Source: the human T2T-CHM13v2.0 reference genome, Homo sapiens. Taken from it: a stretch of 64,000 nucleotides of DNA. The stretch lies in assembly GCF_009914755.1 (NCBI RefSeq), contig NC_060927.1, one strand, 5' to 3'. A program made the position numbers and the translations under genes. The notes below the pieces were generated by a model. That model saw nothing but the letters and a program-made list of their open reading frames with translations, had not been told where the DNA came from and did no database searches. This document shows positions 1 through 15,559 of this stretch, in pieces (positions within the stretch are counted from its first letter, which is position 1; each line of letters opens with the position of its first letter).

Positions 1-2837
1 ACAATGTAAGAATGGATTGCAAAAGTGGCAGAAAAGCTTTTCTAATTGACTAGAGTAAAAACCATATCAAGAGCTTACAGAAAAATAATTTTATAAACAA
101 TTACTTGCCAAAGAAGGCTACATTCTGGAATTATTAAATGTAAATGAATTCTCGTGTGTTCTAAAACTCACATTTTTTGGAATTTGGTATAAATATTTCC
201 ATAAGAGCTTTGTATAAATGTGTGTTGTTAAAGCTGGTTATCTAATATTAATGATGGATATCAGTAGTATTGATGATGCCTTTGAGTCACATCAGGGCTC
301 TGAAACCTAAATCACTGTGAGAAGGTTCTATTTTCCCCAATACCAATTCTTTTCACTAAAGTCTACAAGAAGGGTATATCAAGACTTGTGTTAGTAATGT
401 CTTTAGGTGACATTATTTCTACGAAAATTAGGGCAGAAGACACCTAAGTCATGTTATTTCCTAAAAGCGATTAACATCATGCATGGATCATTTCTCAACT
501 GAGTGTTTAGGACTGTAATTTCCTGGATAGCCTGAATATCATCAATAGAATGCCTTCCATAGTGGGCTTTAGAAGATAAGTGTCTGACAGGAATGGAAAT
601 AGATGTATCTATTCACCCTTATATCTTCCATTTTCATTATCTAAGGACACTTTTAACAATGGATAGACACAATTTCATTGAATAATAACATTTTTAGACT
701 GAAAAAATTAAACAAAGTATAAAATAAGTATAATATTTACTGTTTTTGGAATGCGTGAATTATACAACATGTATATAGACATAGAAGCCATTCTTATGGA
801 AAAGAAAAATCTAAGTTATAACTAGCCCGTAAGTATTTTAGTCTATATTTTGCAATTTTTAATTGTGGCTGTGTGGCCTCATAACTAGAGACACAGGGTT
901 CACATATTTATGTGTGAAGAAAAGAGCAGAATTAATCCTTTGGGGGAAGCAATGGTGTTTCCTGTTTTATCACCTCCTATGCCCTGCCTCAATTTTTTTA
1001 TTTTAATTGAAGAGAATCAACTCTGTGCTGGTACCCTCAGGGAATGAGAGAATAACAAAGAAAAGAATCATATACAGCAATAAGTAATCACAAAGAATAT
1101 GTTTATTACCGGAAATAATAAAATTGACAAAGATAAGCAATGTTGGCTACAACTAATAATAAATGACCATGTGATATTTTTATAACTACAAAAATAAAAA
1201 GATTTTAAATGGCTTAGAACTGAAAGACTAAACATTCTTGTTTGTGTAGAACAATCCCAGTTAACCCTTTTTCTTCTGGCATACCATTAAGCTTAGCAGT
1301 TGTCCTATGCTTCCTTGGTTTCCTAATAAAATAATATTAATGATTGCAATTAATAAGCCAAGATGTGATTAGTACATCTTCAGTTTATATTTTAGTCATC
1401 CACAATAGTTTCAAATACTAAAGTGCTAGTCACACTATAGTGAGCACAAGTCTAAAATAATACATGCATAAATCTGAGGCAATCAAGATAGTCTTTTTCT
1501 CTTTTAACCAAAACATACTAACATTTGCAAAAAGGAAAAAAACTTAACACTAGTAAACCTCATCAAATCCTGACTATTAAAATTATGTCTGAAAAAGTTC
1601 AGAATGTACTAAAGCCTTTATGAAACTCTGACTACAAGAACAAATATAATGGACAAGGGTTAATCAGCTGTTACATGATCCCAGTGTTTATAGCTGTGAT
1701 TTCTTCTCTGTTTTGTGATGTGATTTTGACTCCTTTCTTCAAACTGATTCCATCTACTTTCAATACTTGGTGGAAATTTTCAAAATTTCTGATGTATTTA
1801 TGTACTATTACACTGTACAAAGTGTCTCTTTTTGTATTCTAATATTATTATAAATACCTTATTTTTAATATTCATCTTCTATAATGTCTTAAGATTTTGA
1901 TATAAAATGGTGAGTTTGTGGTCTATCAGGTAGCAAGATCAATTAATACTTAGAAATCTTCATCTACTGCAGATTTATATGGAAGCATGGCATGTTCTTA
2001 TTTAGATAATTTTCTAACTAGTAGAGAATCAAGCTTGAAGTTCTTGTATAATTCAGAGATGAGGTACTCAGGAGAAATTAGCACAAACCCTGGGACTTCT
2101 TCTTAGTTCTGCAACTCCCTGTATGGTCTTCTCTGCAAGAATCAATTGGCCTCTCTGGCCAATATTTCTTAACCTGGACTATCTTTAAGTTTCTTTGATA
2201 TTAATATTCAATATATCTTTGACACTAGTCTAACCTCAACAAATTATATTTAAAAAATCATAGTATTGGTGCCATAAGTTTCACTATTTTTTTCATAAAA
2301 GTAAAATCTGTCCCAAATTCAGAATAAAAAGTTTTGTAAAAGTCAAAACTGTAATCCAGGTTTCTGTATTGTATTATACTGAGTAAAGCTTTATTTGTGC
2401 CTGTTTAGGAATCTTAAATGACAGTCAATGTTAACACAAATGACAATTTGGGACAATCACTTTGGATGCAGTGGTTTGCAATGGACAGATACTTTTTCCA
2501 GCACTCTTCACACTCTCTTAAGGTCCTGGGGAGATTAATGAGGCTGTTTTAGCTGCATGCCAGTAGGGACATGTCTGAAAGTTCAATTCAGGCTATGGGG
2601 ACTCAGAGATTTTAGGGAGAGCTGCTCTCTTGAAACCATATAATACTTTGCATCTTAATTAACATAAGGACTACTGGGAGTCAATTAACACCAGTTATAT
2701 ACTTTTGTGGGCGTTGATTATGTGCTGTTTCACTTGAGGCTCCATTTAATCTGAAGCACAAGGATATTTGCATACTGAGTTTAGATCATGAGGTAACAGG
2801 GGATAAATAAGGCTCTTCTTTCTCATATTCTTAACAC

Positions 2838-3003
2838 TTCCCTGCTCAAAGCCTGGGCCACAGGCCAGCAGCACCAGCAGCATCTGGGAGTTTGTTAGAA
2901 ATGCAGAATCTTAGGCCTCACTCAAGTCCCATGGAATTAGCAAATGCATCTTAACAGGATCCCCAGGTGATTTGAGTGCACATTCAGGTTTGAACAGCAC
3001 TGC
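2838..3003. mobile_element. MER5A-like hAT-Charlie MITE
   Basis: Characteristic core CATCTGGGAGTTTGTTAGAAATGCAGAATCTTAGGCCTCAC...TTAACAGGATCCCCAGGTGATTTG...TTTGAACAGCACTG. Confidence 0.85.
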
Positions 3004-4199
3004 TCTGAAAGGTGCGCAGAGAGAATTCTATTGCATTCTAATTTCCTAATACCATTATATTATCATTCTATTGTGTTTGATTTTCATAGCTATTTACTGT
3101 CATTTCAGTTTATTTTTGTTTCCTACTTTTATCACTTATCTATAAAATTGGGATCTCTCATGATGGTTTCACAACTCTAAAAAGTGTTCTCATGCAGAGC
3201 ACTATGTCTGTAATCCTTAAAATACAGGTTTTGCTAAGGCTTTGTTTAATTTGGATCCCAATATGGTGTAAAATGCACATCATATTATTTTTAAAGTCTC
3301 TTGATATAAGTATTCATTTAAAAATTTCATGACTGCATTTTTTGCTTTATTGGCCCTTCTTGAAATACAAGCAAGATTAATTTTACTGTAGCAGCAGTAA
3401 TTGCCTAGGTTAACACATCTAACAACTTGGTTGAGCTATTTATTATGGTCCATGATCGCTCATTCTAATAAATAAAAATTGGTTGATGTGCATTTCTTCT
3501 GATAAAAAGCTAAGCAAATAAATTCTTGAGCAAACGAGGAGAAATAGCCCATTTAAAATTACTTTTATTCATTTGGAAGGAAATTTAAAAACATAAAGTA
3601 CATTTGTTCAACACTTTCTGCACACCTTTCAAGACTACTAATTATATCTTTCAGATATTAACAATGGATTTAGGCATAGATGACATTAAAATTTGTCTCA
3701 ATTTTTTCATATTACCAGGGCCTTTATAGTACTCTGTATTTAGTATATATTACTATGTTGTTTTTGTATCTGAGGTGACAAAATCACTGCAAGCAACATA
3801 TTATTATTTTACACTTAATTTACATCCCAGTTGTGAAAGGAAACAGAAAATGTTGACATGGTAGCTGTAAAATAATTTTTAATAGAATAAAATGTCTATA
3901 AAGCAAAAAAATGAGACAATGCAACCAATGATCCACTGTTGAAAGGCAGTTAGGATTTCTTTTTTCCATCTGAGATGTAATTCAAGACAGTTGTTAAGCC
4001 AAGTAAAATCCAATTACTTTGTCTAGCTAATCATCAACTACCTCTCAACCATATGGGTGCTTATAGCAGTATTCTAAGTTTATGTAATCTTCTTAGCAGA
4101 ATGAAAGCAGGCCAATATTGCAGGCTAATTCAGGACAGTGCTGCTTTTGGAAATATTTATCGATGCTTGTGCTTTGAATACCTGTTATTTTTTAAAGGG

Positions 4200-4679
4200 T
4201 GTATTAGTTTCCTCTGACTACTATAACAAACCACCACAAATGTTGTGGGTTAAAGCCACAGAACTTCATTTTCTCTTAGTTCTGGAGGCCAGAAGTCTGC
4301 AATCTATACTACTGAACAAAAATCACATTGTTATCAGGGCTGCAATCTCTCCAGAAACACTAGGGGAGAAGCCATTCTTTGCCTTTTCCATCTTCTGGTG
4401 GCTGCCAGCATTTCTTGGCTGCTGGCTATATCATACTAATCTTCAAAATGAGCATCTTTAAATCTATCTGCCTTGTCAAATCTCCCCATACCTCTCTGTT
4501 TTGAAGACAAATGTGATTGCATTCATAATCCACCTGGATCATCTAGGATAACCACCCCATTTCAAGATCCTTACTCATGTCCCAAAGACTTTGCCTTATA
4601 TGGTCACATACACAGGTACCAGAGGCTAAGACATAAATATTTGGGGTGGGGGAGGGGAATCATTTTTTATCCTACCACC
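4200..4679 (-). mobile_element. MLT1-family MaLR solo LTR
   Basis: Begins TGTATTAGTTTCCT..ATAACAAACCACCACAAA, contains TTCTGGAGGCCAGAAGTC, ends CCTACCAC; these are reverse-complement MLT1 termini. Confidence 0.85.
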
Positions 4680-4703
4680 AATAGTAATGGAGAAAATTCT
4701 TAG

Positions 4704-5028
<325 letters not shown>

Positions 5029-5969
5029 TAGACTACTATTAAACAAATGTGTTAACTTTATGATTCTGGAAAATGTTGAAGTTTTCATTTTATTCTTACT
5101 GTTAGCACTCAACATAATGTCAGGATATTTCTGCATGGTGAAAATCTTCACATGCTAAGATATCTCAATGTCTGATTCTCTGAATATGAATTTGAAGAAA
5201 CATCTATTCACATAGTTCTTTCCAATAAGCAATTTGAGCTTCAAAGACAGCTGAGACACTGCTAAATTTGTCCATCTTTAGAACAGAAACACTGTAACTG
5301 TTAGGTTATAAAATTGTATCAGATCTAGAGAAAAATCTCTTTGAATTATTTAACTTCACAAATGTTGAAAGTCTAGCAATGTGTTCTCAAAAACACGTTA
5401 CATAAACAACTCTATTAGAGCTACAAGTCATAGGATAAAGCACTCAGCATAACGGTTGTTTTTTTTGTTTTCTCTTTATAAACATCATTGACACTTCTAT
5501 GGAAGTAACTAGAAAGTCAGTATAAAATTCTGTTTCACAGATTCACAAAATATTTTTCTGTCATATCATGGAAATACCTAAATGTCTCTAATATACAAGA
5601 TTTAATTCATGCATTCTGATTTATTCTTGTAGGTGAAGAATTGATAACTGTATGTGTTGAGAGGCAAAATGGAAAAATATAACATTAATATTGTGCCATG
5701 GGCTGTTCACTTATGATCTTTTGTGAGAATCTAAGAATTGAGACTGAAATCTGTACTTTCTACTGATTGCCACATGATTTCAGACTCATTAGAGTAGTAT
5801 TTTGGTAGATGATATCCTAACAAAATTAGCAGTGGTATATTCTTGGCAATATGTAAATGTTTTAATTAAACTTCATTTTGAATAAGACTTTTCTTACCTA
5901 CTCCATTTTTAATGCATAAAAGATAACAGCTGTGGACACTGGCATACAATACAGCCCTTTCCGGTGAGG

Positions 5970-6150
5970 AAGATAAGGGCTCCAAACACAATTACCTCTT
6001 TGCTGTCTAAGCAGTGACTCACCTTCACAGAGTTCAGTGTCCTATTTGTACAGTGGAAATGGTAGAAAAATTAAACATGATCTAAATGCAAATGATTTAG
6101 CATGCATCCTATCTGACATATTGATATTGTAGGAGCCAGTTAATGTTAGT
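5970..6150 (+). mobile_element. MIR fragment
   Basis: Degenerate core TCACAGAGTTCAGTGTCCTATTTGTACAGTGGAAATGGTA and a 3' TTAATGTTAG end. Confidence 0.5.
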
Positions 6151-6199
6151 GTCCTTCTGTTTATGTCCCTAAAGTTGTTTAACTAATGAATTATGTGGA

Positions 6200-8570
6200 T
6201 CTTAAAATCAACCTTAGCTCCAATTTCTACTGGGGAATTCAAAGAACTGAAAAGATCACCAACCAGTCATAAAAAAAAAGAAAGAAACAAAAGAAGTTAC
6301 AAATTGTAAACCTTTTTTTGAACTCATTAAATAGATAGGATAACCTGTAATCTTGAGGAGACTGGTTCAATAGTGAGCGAGGGATGCAAGTATTTGCTTA
6401 CTCAAAATAATGTAGCTGGATATTAATAAGAAGAATTGAGCTAGAAGAATTAAAGAACTAGTGAAGTTTGAAGGCAGGCCATTGTGAGAATGTGAAAAGT
6501 TGAGTACTCTCTTTCAGGCTATCCCCAATTACACCATCAGAGAATAATAGGAGAATCCTGAAAAAGTTGCATACTTAGTGCCAGCCTTGGGAAAGGGGAA
6601 TAGCAGCAACTGAGTAAGAGACAGAAAACTTCTCCCTGTCCTTTATCTCTTACCTCCTCAAAGCAAGGGAGCCCCAGTTTTCTGGGAAAATGTCAGTAAA
6701 AATTGGTGTCTTTGTGGTAGCTGAAACATGAAAACAAACAAACAAAAAATACCATTATCCCTGAGAAAACGGAAGGAATATTAACTGGGTCCAGACACAG
6801 AGTTGGAAGAGGGTCAGAGACACTTGGTAAGTTTTCACTTTCAAGAAAGCAGAACAAATTACCTGCTTAAAATTGAGGCTTAATCAAAATATACCCCTCT
6901 CCCATCTCTACCACCAGTCAAGAAAGCATCAACTAAAATTAACAGTACAATACTGCTCTGATAGTGGCAAGAGAGAGACTGTCTCTGAGGCATAACACAA
7001 AGGAAAAATCTAATGCTAAGATAGAACAGACATTGAGAAAATATTATGGCCAAGCAATGAATACAATGTATTGCTAGAGCAATTTGAAGCCTGTAATACA
7101 ATGAGGGTGAGAATAGTGACATTAAACCTCAAAGATAACCCAACTCCTTTACAAGAATGATGCAAATCTTCACACTAAAGTCATAGCAGATGAAAAGATG
7201 AGACCATTTGTTAAGCCATAAACCTACTTACTTCTTTTTTACTGTCTTAAACAAAATGTACAACAAGAAAATGACAAGGTATCTTTGGGAGAAATAAAAT
7301 AACTAGGTAATATGTTGAAGACTGTAATGAAAAAGGTGAACAATATGTAAGAACAGATGGGCAATTTCAGCAGAAGGAATCAAAAGGTAATTACAGGAAT
7401 AAAACACAGTAACCATAATGAAGAATGCTTTCAATGGGCTCTTCAAATAGCAACAATTTAATGTACATTTATGTAGAATATATAAAAATAAAATATATAT
7501 AAACAATAGTGAAATAATGAGAAGGAGGTAGCAGGACTATATTATGAGAGAATTTCACTACAAGTGGAGAAGTATGATGTTATTTGAAGGTAGCTCTGTT
7601 CAACAAAAATGCATAAGTAAACATTAATTAATAAATTGTTATTAATAATAAACATATATGAGATAAAATGGAGTCATAATAATTCAAAATGCAGAAATGG
7701 AGGATAAAAATCCTATGAACAGATAAATAAATAGAAAGGAGCAAGCAATGTTGTAGATTTTAATCAAAATATATCAATTATCACGTTAAATGTGAAAGAT
7801 CTAAAGAGACAAATTAAGGATAGAAAACTGTCAGAATGGACCATAAAATGCACAATCAACTATATGTTGTATACTAAGTATCTACTTTAATTATAAATGC
7901 ATAGATTAGTTTGCAGCAAAGGGATGGGAAAAGATATATTATGCAATCCCAACCAAAAGACAGCCAAAGTAGTTACATTGATATCAGACACAGTAGACTT
8001 CAGAACCAAGAACATTTTCAATGGAACAATCTATCAGAGGAATACACATAATGATAAATGAAGTCTCTTTTTTAAGAAAAAAAATAATAATTATAAACAA
8101 GCAAGTACCTAACAGCAGTTCTTCAAAATACATAGCATTATAACTCATAAAACTCAGAGGAGAAATAAACAAATCTACAATAGTACTTGAAGTCTTCAAC
8201 ATGGCTATTTCAATAAAGACTAATGTTATATAGCGAGAAAAAAAGTAATCCTTACTGGGTGTAGAGAACAAGGAGAAGGAAAGGGTTGACTACAAAGAAG
8301 TATGACAAAAAAATAGGGATTAAAACTAGCAGAGTTAGCAATTCTGAAACTAATTCATCTATATAGTAAGGTTTTTTAAAATAAGTAAATGTGTAATAGG
8401 TGACAGCCAGATTTCTCATTGTCAGAGGAAGAAGTTACAAATAAGGAAAAAGAGAAGACTAGAACGTGCCAGAAAGGAGACATATCCTTTCAGATTTCTA
8501 ATTATTGGGGTTGGATTCAGAAATGATTAGCCATGAGTCATCAACACATTTTAAACACTTAGCTCTCATT
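6200..8570 (+). mobile_element. Old L1M (L1MC/MD-type) relic: 5' region, ORF1 fragment, ORF2 endonuclease start, then 3'-UTR-like pieces
   Basis: 7780-8210 resembles the L1 ORF2 N-terminus (ATCACGTTAAATGTG ~ITLNV; GGATGGGAAAAGATATAT ~GWEKIY; ATATCAGACACAGTAGACTTC ~ISD.VDF); A-rich ORF1-like sequence at 7300-7440; many frameshifts. Confidence 0.7.
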
Positions 8571-8587
8571 TAAGAAGGAAACGCTTT

Positions 8588-8912
<325 letters not shown>

Positions 8913-8924
8913 TCATTTTTCCTT

Positions 8925-9196
8925 TTTTCTTTTTTTCTTACATTTCAACTTTTAGATACGAGGGTACATGTGTAGATTTGTTTTATGAGAACATTGTGGG
9001 ATGCTGAGGTTTTGAGTACAGATTCCATCATCACTTTGGTAGTGAGAAAGTACCTGGTACATAGGTTTTTACTCCATTCCCTCTTCCTTCACTATATAGT
9101 AGTGTCCATTATTGTTCCTATATTTATTTCCATGTGTGTTCCTATCTTTATTTCCATGTGTGTTCAATACTTAGTTCCCACTTATAAGTGAGAACA
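8925..9196 (-). mobile_element. L1PA15-17/L1PB-type 3' end fragment
   Basis: TTTCAACTTTTAGATACGAGGGTACATGTGTAG...CCCACTTATAAGTGAGAACA; includes a 24-bp tandem duplication at 9113-9160 with 1 mismatch. Confidence 0.8.
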
Positions 9197-10924
9197 CTCT
9201 TTTTTAAAAAATAATGAACAGAAGAGACTTGTATGTCTTATTTTCATATTTCATAGGCAACTTGATTACTCTAAATTTAGATTGGATAAAAGCATGAGGT
9301 TAAAGTCAAAGGAAGTCTCACACTATAACCAAAACAAATGAACTAGATAGATAGTAAAAGTATTTCCAGAATGATATTATAAGATTACTTTGGTTGGATT
9401 TTACAAGGTATTTTTTAGGTTCTTTCTTTCATCAAACATCCTGAAACACTTAACTAATACAAAACTGCCTCCGCAAAGCCATCATAATTCTTACACTCCC
9501 TTCTTGTTCCCTGAGAAACAAAAAGTATCTGAATATTTGTGTTGGAAATTATGTTTTTGTTGTATAGTTCTGTGTCCATTTCCAATAAAGATTTTTTTAA
9601 TTACTGACTTTGTATTTTATTTAATGACTTGTATTACGGAAGAGAAATATAAGAATTTGTAAATTACAAATATGCTAATTTTCCATGTTGAAACTTACCT
9701 TTCAAAAAAGTCAGCATATTCACTTATATATGCAGTCATGAATTCACAAACATAGAAAAGACTTTGCATCAATTACTGCAGTTCACTAGTAATTGCTTCA
9801 CTTGATAGATATAATTTACCATCCATCAGCAGTTGTAGCATTTACATTTTAATGTAATCCTTGAAGCGATAAATACATCCTTAATCAGGGTTAATGTAAT
9901 ACAATTACAAAATAAACATTTGATTAGTACATTTAAATTTCAATGTAATAAGTAACTACCAAGTTAATTAGTAAGGAAAGTGAATTTGATGCAGGTCTTT
10001 AGTTGAGGTAATTTAATATTATACAGAAGACTGGAGCTCATGCTGGGGGATGCTGTTTGTTTTTTATTTTTATTTTTTGAGAAACTCTATGAATAAAATT
10101 ATTAATTAAAATTTGAAAGAAAATCAGAAAAACAAGTTTTCTTGGGATTATTTTTTTCTTCTAAATGTGCCATTCTTCAATATAAAATAAACAAAATATC
10201 TAATAACAATTTATTCAGAAATAATTCAAACATACAGATAATGAAGGCTAATAACTGAATCTAATAATAACAGGCAGGCGACATCTAAATACGTGATGGA
10301 GCCAATAAATGTTTACCTTTACATAATGTCACATACATTAATGTTTATTCTTCCCTGTCACTCTAAACTTTCTTTACCCAACACCGCTCTTTTGGAGGAT
10401 TCATCTGTGGGTTACTTTATCTAAAAGCTCTCTGCCAATTCTTACCTCCCAAATAATGCCCATATTCCTTTCCTATATTGTTTGTTCATATTGATTTTAA
10501 GGAAATTCAAAACAAGATGAGATAATTGGGTAATTGGAAAGTGAGATGAAATTTATGATTAGTTTTTTTTTCTTGCTAATAATAGGGAACAACAACAACA
10601 AAAATGAGGAGGATTATTGAAAGTCTTTTATGTTCCACTGTGTTGTCAAAATATTGTCTAAGTTAGCATGTGGCATTAATAAATTGAACGCAAATGCTCT
10701 ATTCTAAAAAAAATAGTTAAAATATTTTTGAAAAACTTACTGTGGACTAACCCACATTTTTAGAGATGCATTGATACAGCTCAAAATAAAATTTTCTTCA
10801 CAGACTCTAAAACAGAGGAAAAAATGTGAAAGGAAATTATAAATATTTCAGTTTTTTTTGCTTTTACAAAATAATAAACATTATTTAATATTTTAGCTAT
10901 TTCTCAACTAAAAATGATCTCCTA

Positions 10925-13900
10925 GGGAAGTGAAGCAAGATGACTTAATGGAACCCTTCAGTAATCATTGCCACAGCAGGAACACGAAAGTGAACAACTA
11001 TCCACACAAGAAAGCACCTTCATAAAAACCAAAAATAAGATGAGTGATCACAGTACCTGATTTTACCATCATATCAAGAAAAGATGCACTGAGGAGGGTA
11101 GAAAAAACAGTCTTGAATTGCCATCACCACCCTTCCCCTCTGTCCCCCATCCCCCAACTCCCCACAGCAGCCACAATGCACAGAGAGGGAATTCACATCC
11201 CTGACATGCCTGGGAGAGGGAGAGTGTGGTGATTGTGGGACCTTGCACCGGAACTCATCACTGCCCTTTCACAGCAGAAAGCAACACAGGGCAAAATTAA
11301 GGTGGCACTTACAGAGTGAGAATTTAGGCTAGCCTTTGTCAGAGGAGAATCATCCATCACAGTGGTTAGAACTTGAGTTCTGGCTAGCCACACCACTATG
11401 GGATAAAGTGCTCTGGGGTTCTAAATAAACTTGAAAGACAGTCTAGGTGACAAGGACTGCAACTGCTAGGCAAGTCCTGGTTGTTCTGGGCTCAGTGCCA
11501 GTGACCTTGGAGAGCATATAACCTACTAAGACATGAGCTGGGGCAGCCAAGGGAGTGCTTATGTCACTCCTCCCCCAACGCCAGGCAAAACAGGTTGAAG
11601 CTCCTGAGAGAGACTCCTTCCTTCCACTTGGGAAGAGGGGAGGGGAGGGTAAGGAGCACTTCTTGCAACTCAGATATTAGCTCAGCCACAGCACAACAAA
11701 GCAAGAAGTAGACTCATAAAGTTTCTAACTCCAGGACCTAGCTGCCAGACAGCATTTCTAGACCCATCCTGGGCCAGAAGGGAACTTGCTGCCATGAAGC
11801 AAAAGACACAAGCTGGGCTAGATTCACCACTTGCAGATTAAAAGCCCCTTGACCTTGAATAAACATTAGCAGTAACCAGGCAACAGTCACCACAGGCCTT
11901 GGGCCAAATTCTATATTATGCTGGCTTCAGGTCTGACCCATAACAGTTACAATGGTGATGGCCAAAAGGGTACTTTGTCTTCCCTCCCCCAACTCCAGGT
12001 AGCTCAGCATGGAGAGAGACACCCCATTTATTTGGGAGTAAACTAAAAGAAGAGAACAAGAGCCTCTGCCTGATAATCCAGGGAATTCTCCTAGATCTTA
12101 CCTAAGACCCCCAAGGTGGAAGTTCTACAAGAGAAACAGCATAACTGCCCTTTGGGTGTCGCCTAATGCAGATACAGCTTCAGTGACTAAATAGTTAGAT
12201 TACAACACTCAATTCTCTTTGAATACTTGGAAAGCCTTCACAAGAAGTATGGATACAAACAAATCTACACTGTGAAGATTAAAATAAACACCTCATTCTT
12301 CAATGCCCAGACATCAGCAAATATCCATAAGCATTAAGACCATCCAGGAAAACCAACCCTCAACAAAAAACTAAATAAGGCACCAGTGATCAATCCCAGA
12401 ATGACAGAGATGTAAACTTTCACACAGAGAATTCAAAACAACTGCCTTGAGGAAACTCAGTGATCTTCAGGATAACACAGAGAAGGAATTCAGAGTCCTA
12501 TTAGACAAATTTAACAGAGATTGAAATAATTTTAAAATGAAGTAGAAATTCTAGAGCTGAAAGATGCAATTAACATGCTAAAGAATGCATCAGAGTCTCT
12601 CAATAGCAGAACTGGTCAAGCAGAAGAATGAATTAGTAAGTTTGAATACAGGTTATTTGAAAATACACAGTAAGAGGGGACAGAAAAAAAAGAATAAAAA
12701 AGAATAAAACACACCTACAAGATCTAGAAAATATGCTCACAAGGGCAAATCTAAATTATTGGCCTTAAAGAGGAGGTAAAGAGAGAGATAATGGTAGAAG
12801 GTTTATTAAAAGGGAAGCAAGAACTTCTCAAGCCTAGAGAAAGGTATCAATATACAAGTATAAGATAATTATAGAACACTAGGCAGATTTAAATGAAAGT
12901 AGACTACCTCAAGAATTTTAATGGTCAAACTCCCAAATGTCAAGGATAAATAAAAGATCATAAGGCAGCAAGAGAAAAGAAACAAATAAAAAACAAAAGA
13001 GCTCCAATATGTCTGGCCGCAGACTTATCTATAGAAACTTCAGAAGCCAGGAGAGAGTGACATGGCATATTTAAAGTACTGAAGAAAAAAACAACAAAAA
13101 AACCCCTTTTAATTCTGGAATAGTATATGCAGTGAAAATATCCTTCAAACTTGGAGAGATACTTTCTCAGACAAACAAAAACTGAGCAATCTCATCAACA
13201 CTAGAACTGTTCCACAAGAAATACTAAAAAGAGTTATTCAATCTGAAAGTAAGGGATGTTAATGAGCAATAAGAAACATATGAAGGTACAAAACTCACTG
13301 ATAATAATAAGCACACTGACAAGTAGAGAATATTACAACACTGTAATTATGTTGTGTAAACTACTCATATCTTCATTAGGGATATTTTTCAAAAAAAACT
13401 GGCAATTTTTCAAGATATAGATGGTATAATCAGATAAATAGACAAAAAATAAAAATCAGGGGAAATAAAGTTAAAGTGTAGTTTTTATTACTTTTCTAAC
13501 TGCTTGTTTGTTTCTTTTTGCAGTGTTGTCACCAGTTTACCATAAGGAGTTATAAGCTGTTTTTTCAAACCTCATGGTAACCTCAAACCAAAAACCTACA
13601 ATATATATACATAAAAAATACAAAAAATAAGATATACTACCAGAAAAAATCATCTTCATAAAAAGTAAGACAAGAAGGAAAGAAGGAAGAGAAGACTCAA
13701 AACAACCAGAAAATAAATACCAGAATGGCAGTAGTAAATCTTGATCAATAATTACATTAAGTGTAAATGGGTCAAACTCTCCAATCAAAAGTCACAGATT
13801 GGCTGAATGGATAAAAATAAAATTTCAACTATATGCTACTTACAAGAAACACACTTCACCTATGAAGACACATGTAGACTAATAATAAATAGGTGGAAAA

Positions 13901-15558
13901 AAATACTCCATGCAAATGGAAACCAAAAAGTGCAGGAGTAGCTAAACTTATATCAGATAAAATCAATTTTTAATATAAAAACAATAAAAAGAGACAACAT
14001 TATTACATATTAATATAAGGGTCAATTCAGCAAGAGACTATAACAATTTAATAGCCACCCAACACTGAACCACCAAGATATATAAAGCAAATATTATTAA
14101 AGTTAAAGAGAGAGATAGACCTCAGTACAAAAATAGCTGGAGACTTCAACATCTACTTTTCAGCATTGGACAGATCATCCAAACAGAAAGTCAACAAAGA
14201 AACAGTGGACTTAAACTGCACTATAGACCAAATGGACCTAATATATATTTACAGGACTTTTCATCCAATGGCTGTAGAATAAACATTCTTCTCATCATGT
14301 GGAGCATTCTAATGGATAGACCATATGTTAGACCACAAAACCAGTCTTAAACATTCAAATATATTGAAATAATATCAAATGCCTTCTCTGACCACAATGG
14401 AATAAAACTACAAATCAATAAAAACAGATACTTTGGAAACTATACCTACACATGGAAATTAAAAAATATGCTCCTGAATGACCTGAATGTCAATAAAGAA
14501 ATAAAGAAGACCATTTAAAAAAATTGTAACACAAACTATAATAGAAACATAGCATACCAAAATGTACAGGACACAACAAAAACAGTACTAAGAGAGACTT
14601 TTATAGCTATAATAAATAACCTAATGATGCATCTTAAAGAGCTAGAAAAGCAAGAGCAAGTCAAACACAAAATTAGAAGAAAAGAATTAACAAATATCAG
14701 CAGAAATAAATGAAATTAAAATTTAAAAAACCCCAAAAGATCAACAAAAAAAAATTTTGTTTTTTGGAAAGATAAAAATTAAAAAAAAAAAAAAACTTAG
14801 CCAGACTAAGAAAAAGAAAAGAAGACCCAGATAAATAAAATCAGAGAGGATAGAGGAGACATTATAATTGATACCACAGCAATTCAGAAGGTTATTAGAG
14901 AATACTATGAGAAACTATATGCCAATAAATTTAAAAATCTAGAAGAAATGGATCCATTTCCAGACACATGCAAACTACCAAGATTGAAATGTGAAGAAAT
15001 CCAAAACCTGAATAGACCAATAACAAGTCATGAGATCAAAATCATAATAAAAGTCTCCTAGAAAAGCAAAGCCTGGGAGCTGATGACTGCACTGATAAAT
15101 TTTACCAAACATTTAAAGAACTGATACCAATCCTCCTCGAAGTATTCTGAAAAACAGAGGAAGAGGGAATACTAGAAGCTTATTTTATGAAGCCAATGTG
15201 AGCCTCACAGCCTGATACCAAAACCAGAAAATGACACACCAAATAAATAAATAAAACTACAGGCCAATATCTCTGATAAACATTGATGCAAAAATCCTCA
15301 ATAAAAGTACTAGCTAACTGAATTCAGCAACACCTTAATAAGATCACTCCTCATGACCAGGTGGGATTTATCCCAGGGATGCGAGGATGGTTTAATATAC
15401 ACTAATCAATCTATATGATACATCGTGTCAACAAAATGAAGGACAAAACCCACATGATTATTGCAATTGATGCTAAAAAAGCAAAGGATAAAATTCGCAT
15501 CCGTTCATAACAAAAACTCTCAAAAACTAGGTAAAGAAGAAACATACCTCAACACAAT
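10925..15558 (+). mobile_element. L1 (L1M1/L1MA-type): intact 5' end, ORF1 and ORF2 EN plus start of RT; 3'-truncated and inactivated
   Basis: 5' terminus GAAGCAAGATGAC..GAACAACTATCCACACAAGAAAGCACC; ORF2 motifs ITLSVNG (~13750), AGDFN (~14135), YRPISLINIDAKILNK (~15257), HDQVGFIPGM (~15352); many stops and frameshifts. Confidence 0.92.
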
Positions 15559-15559
15559 A

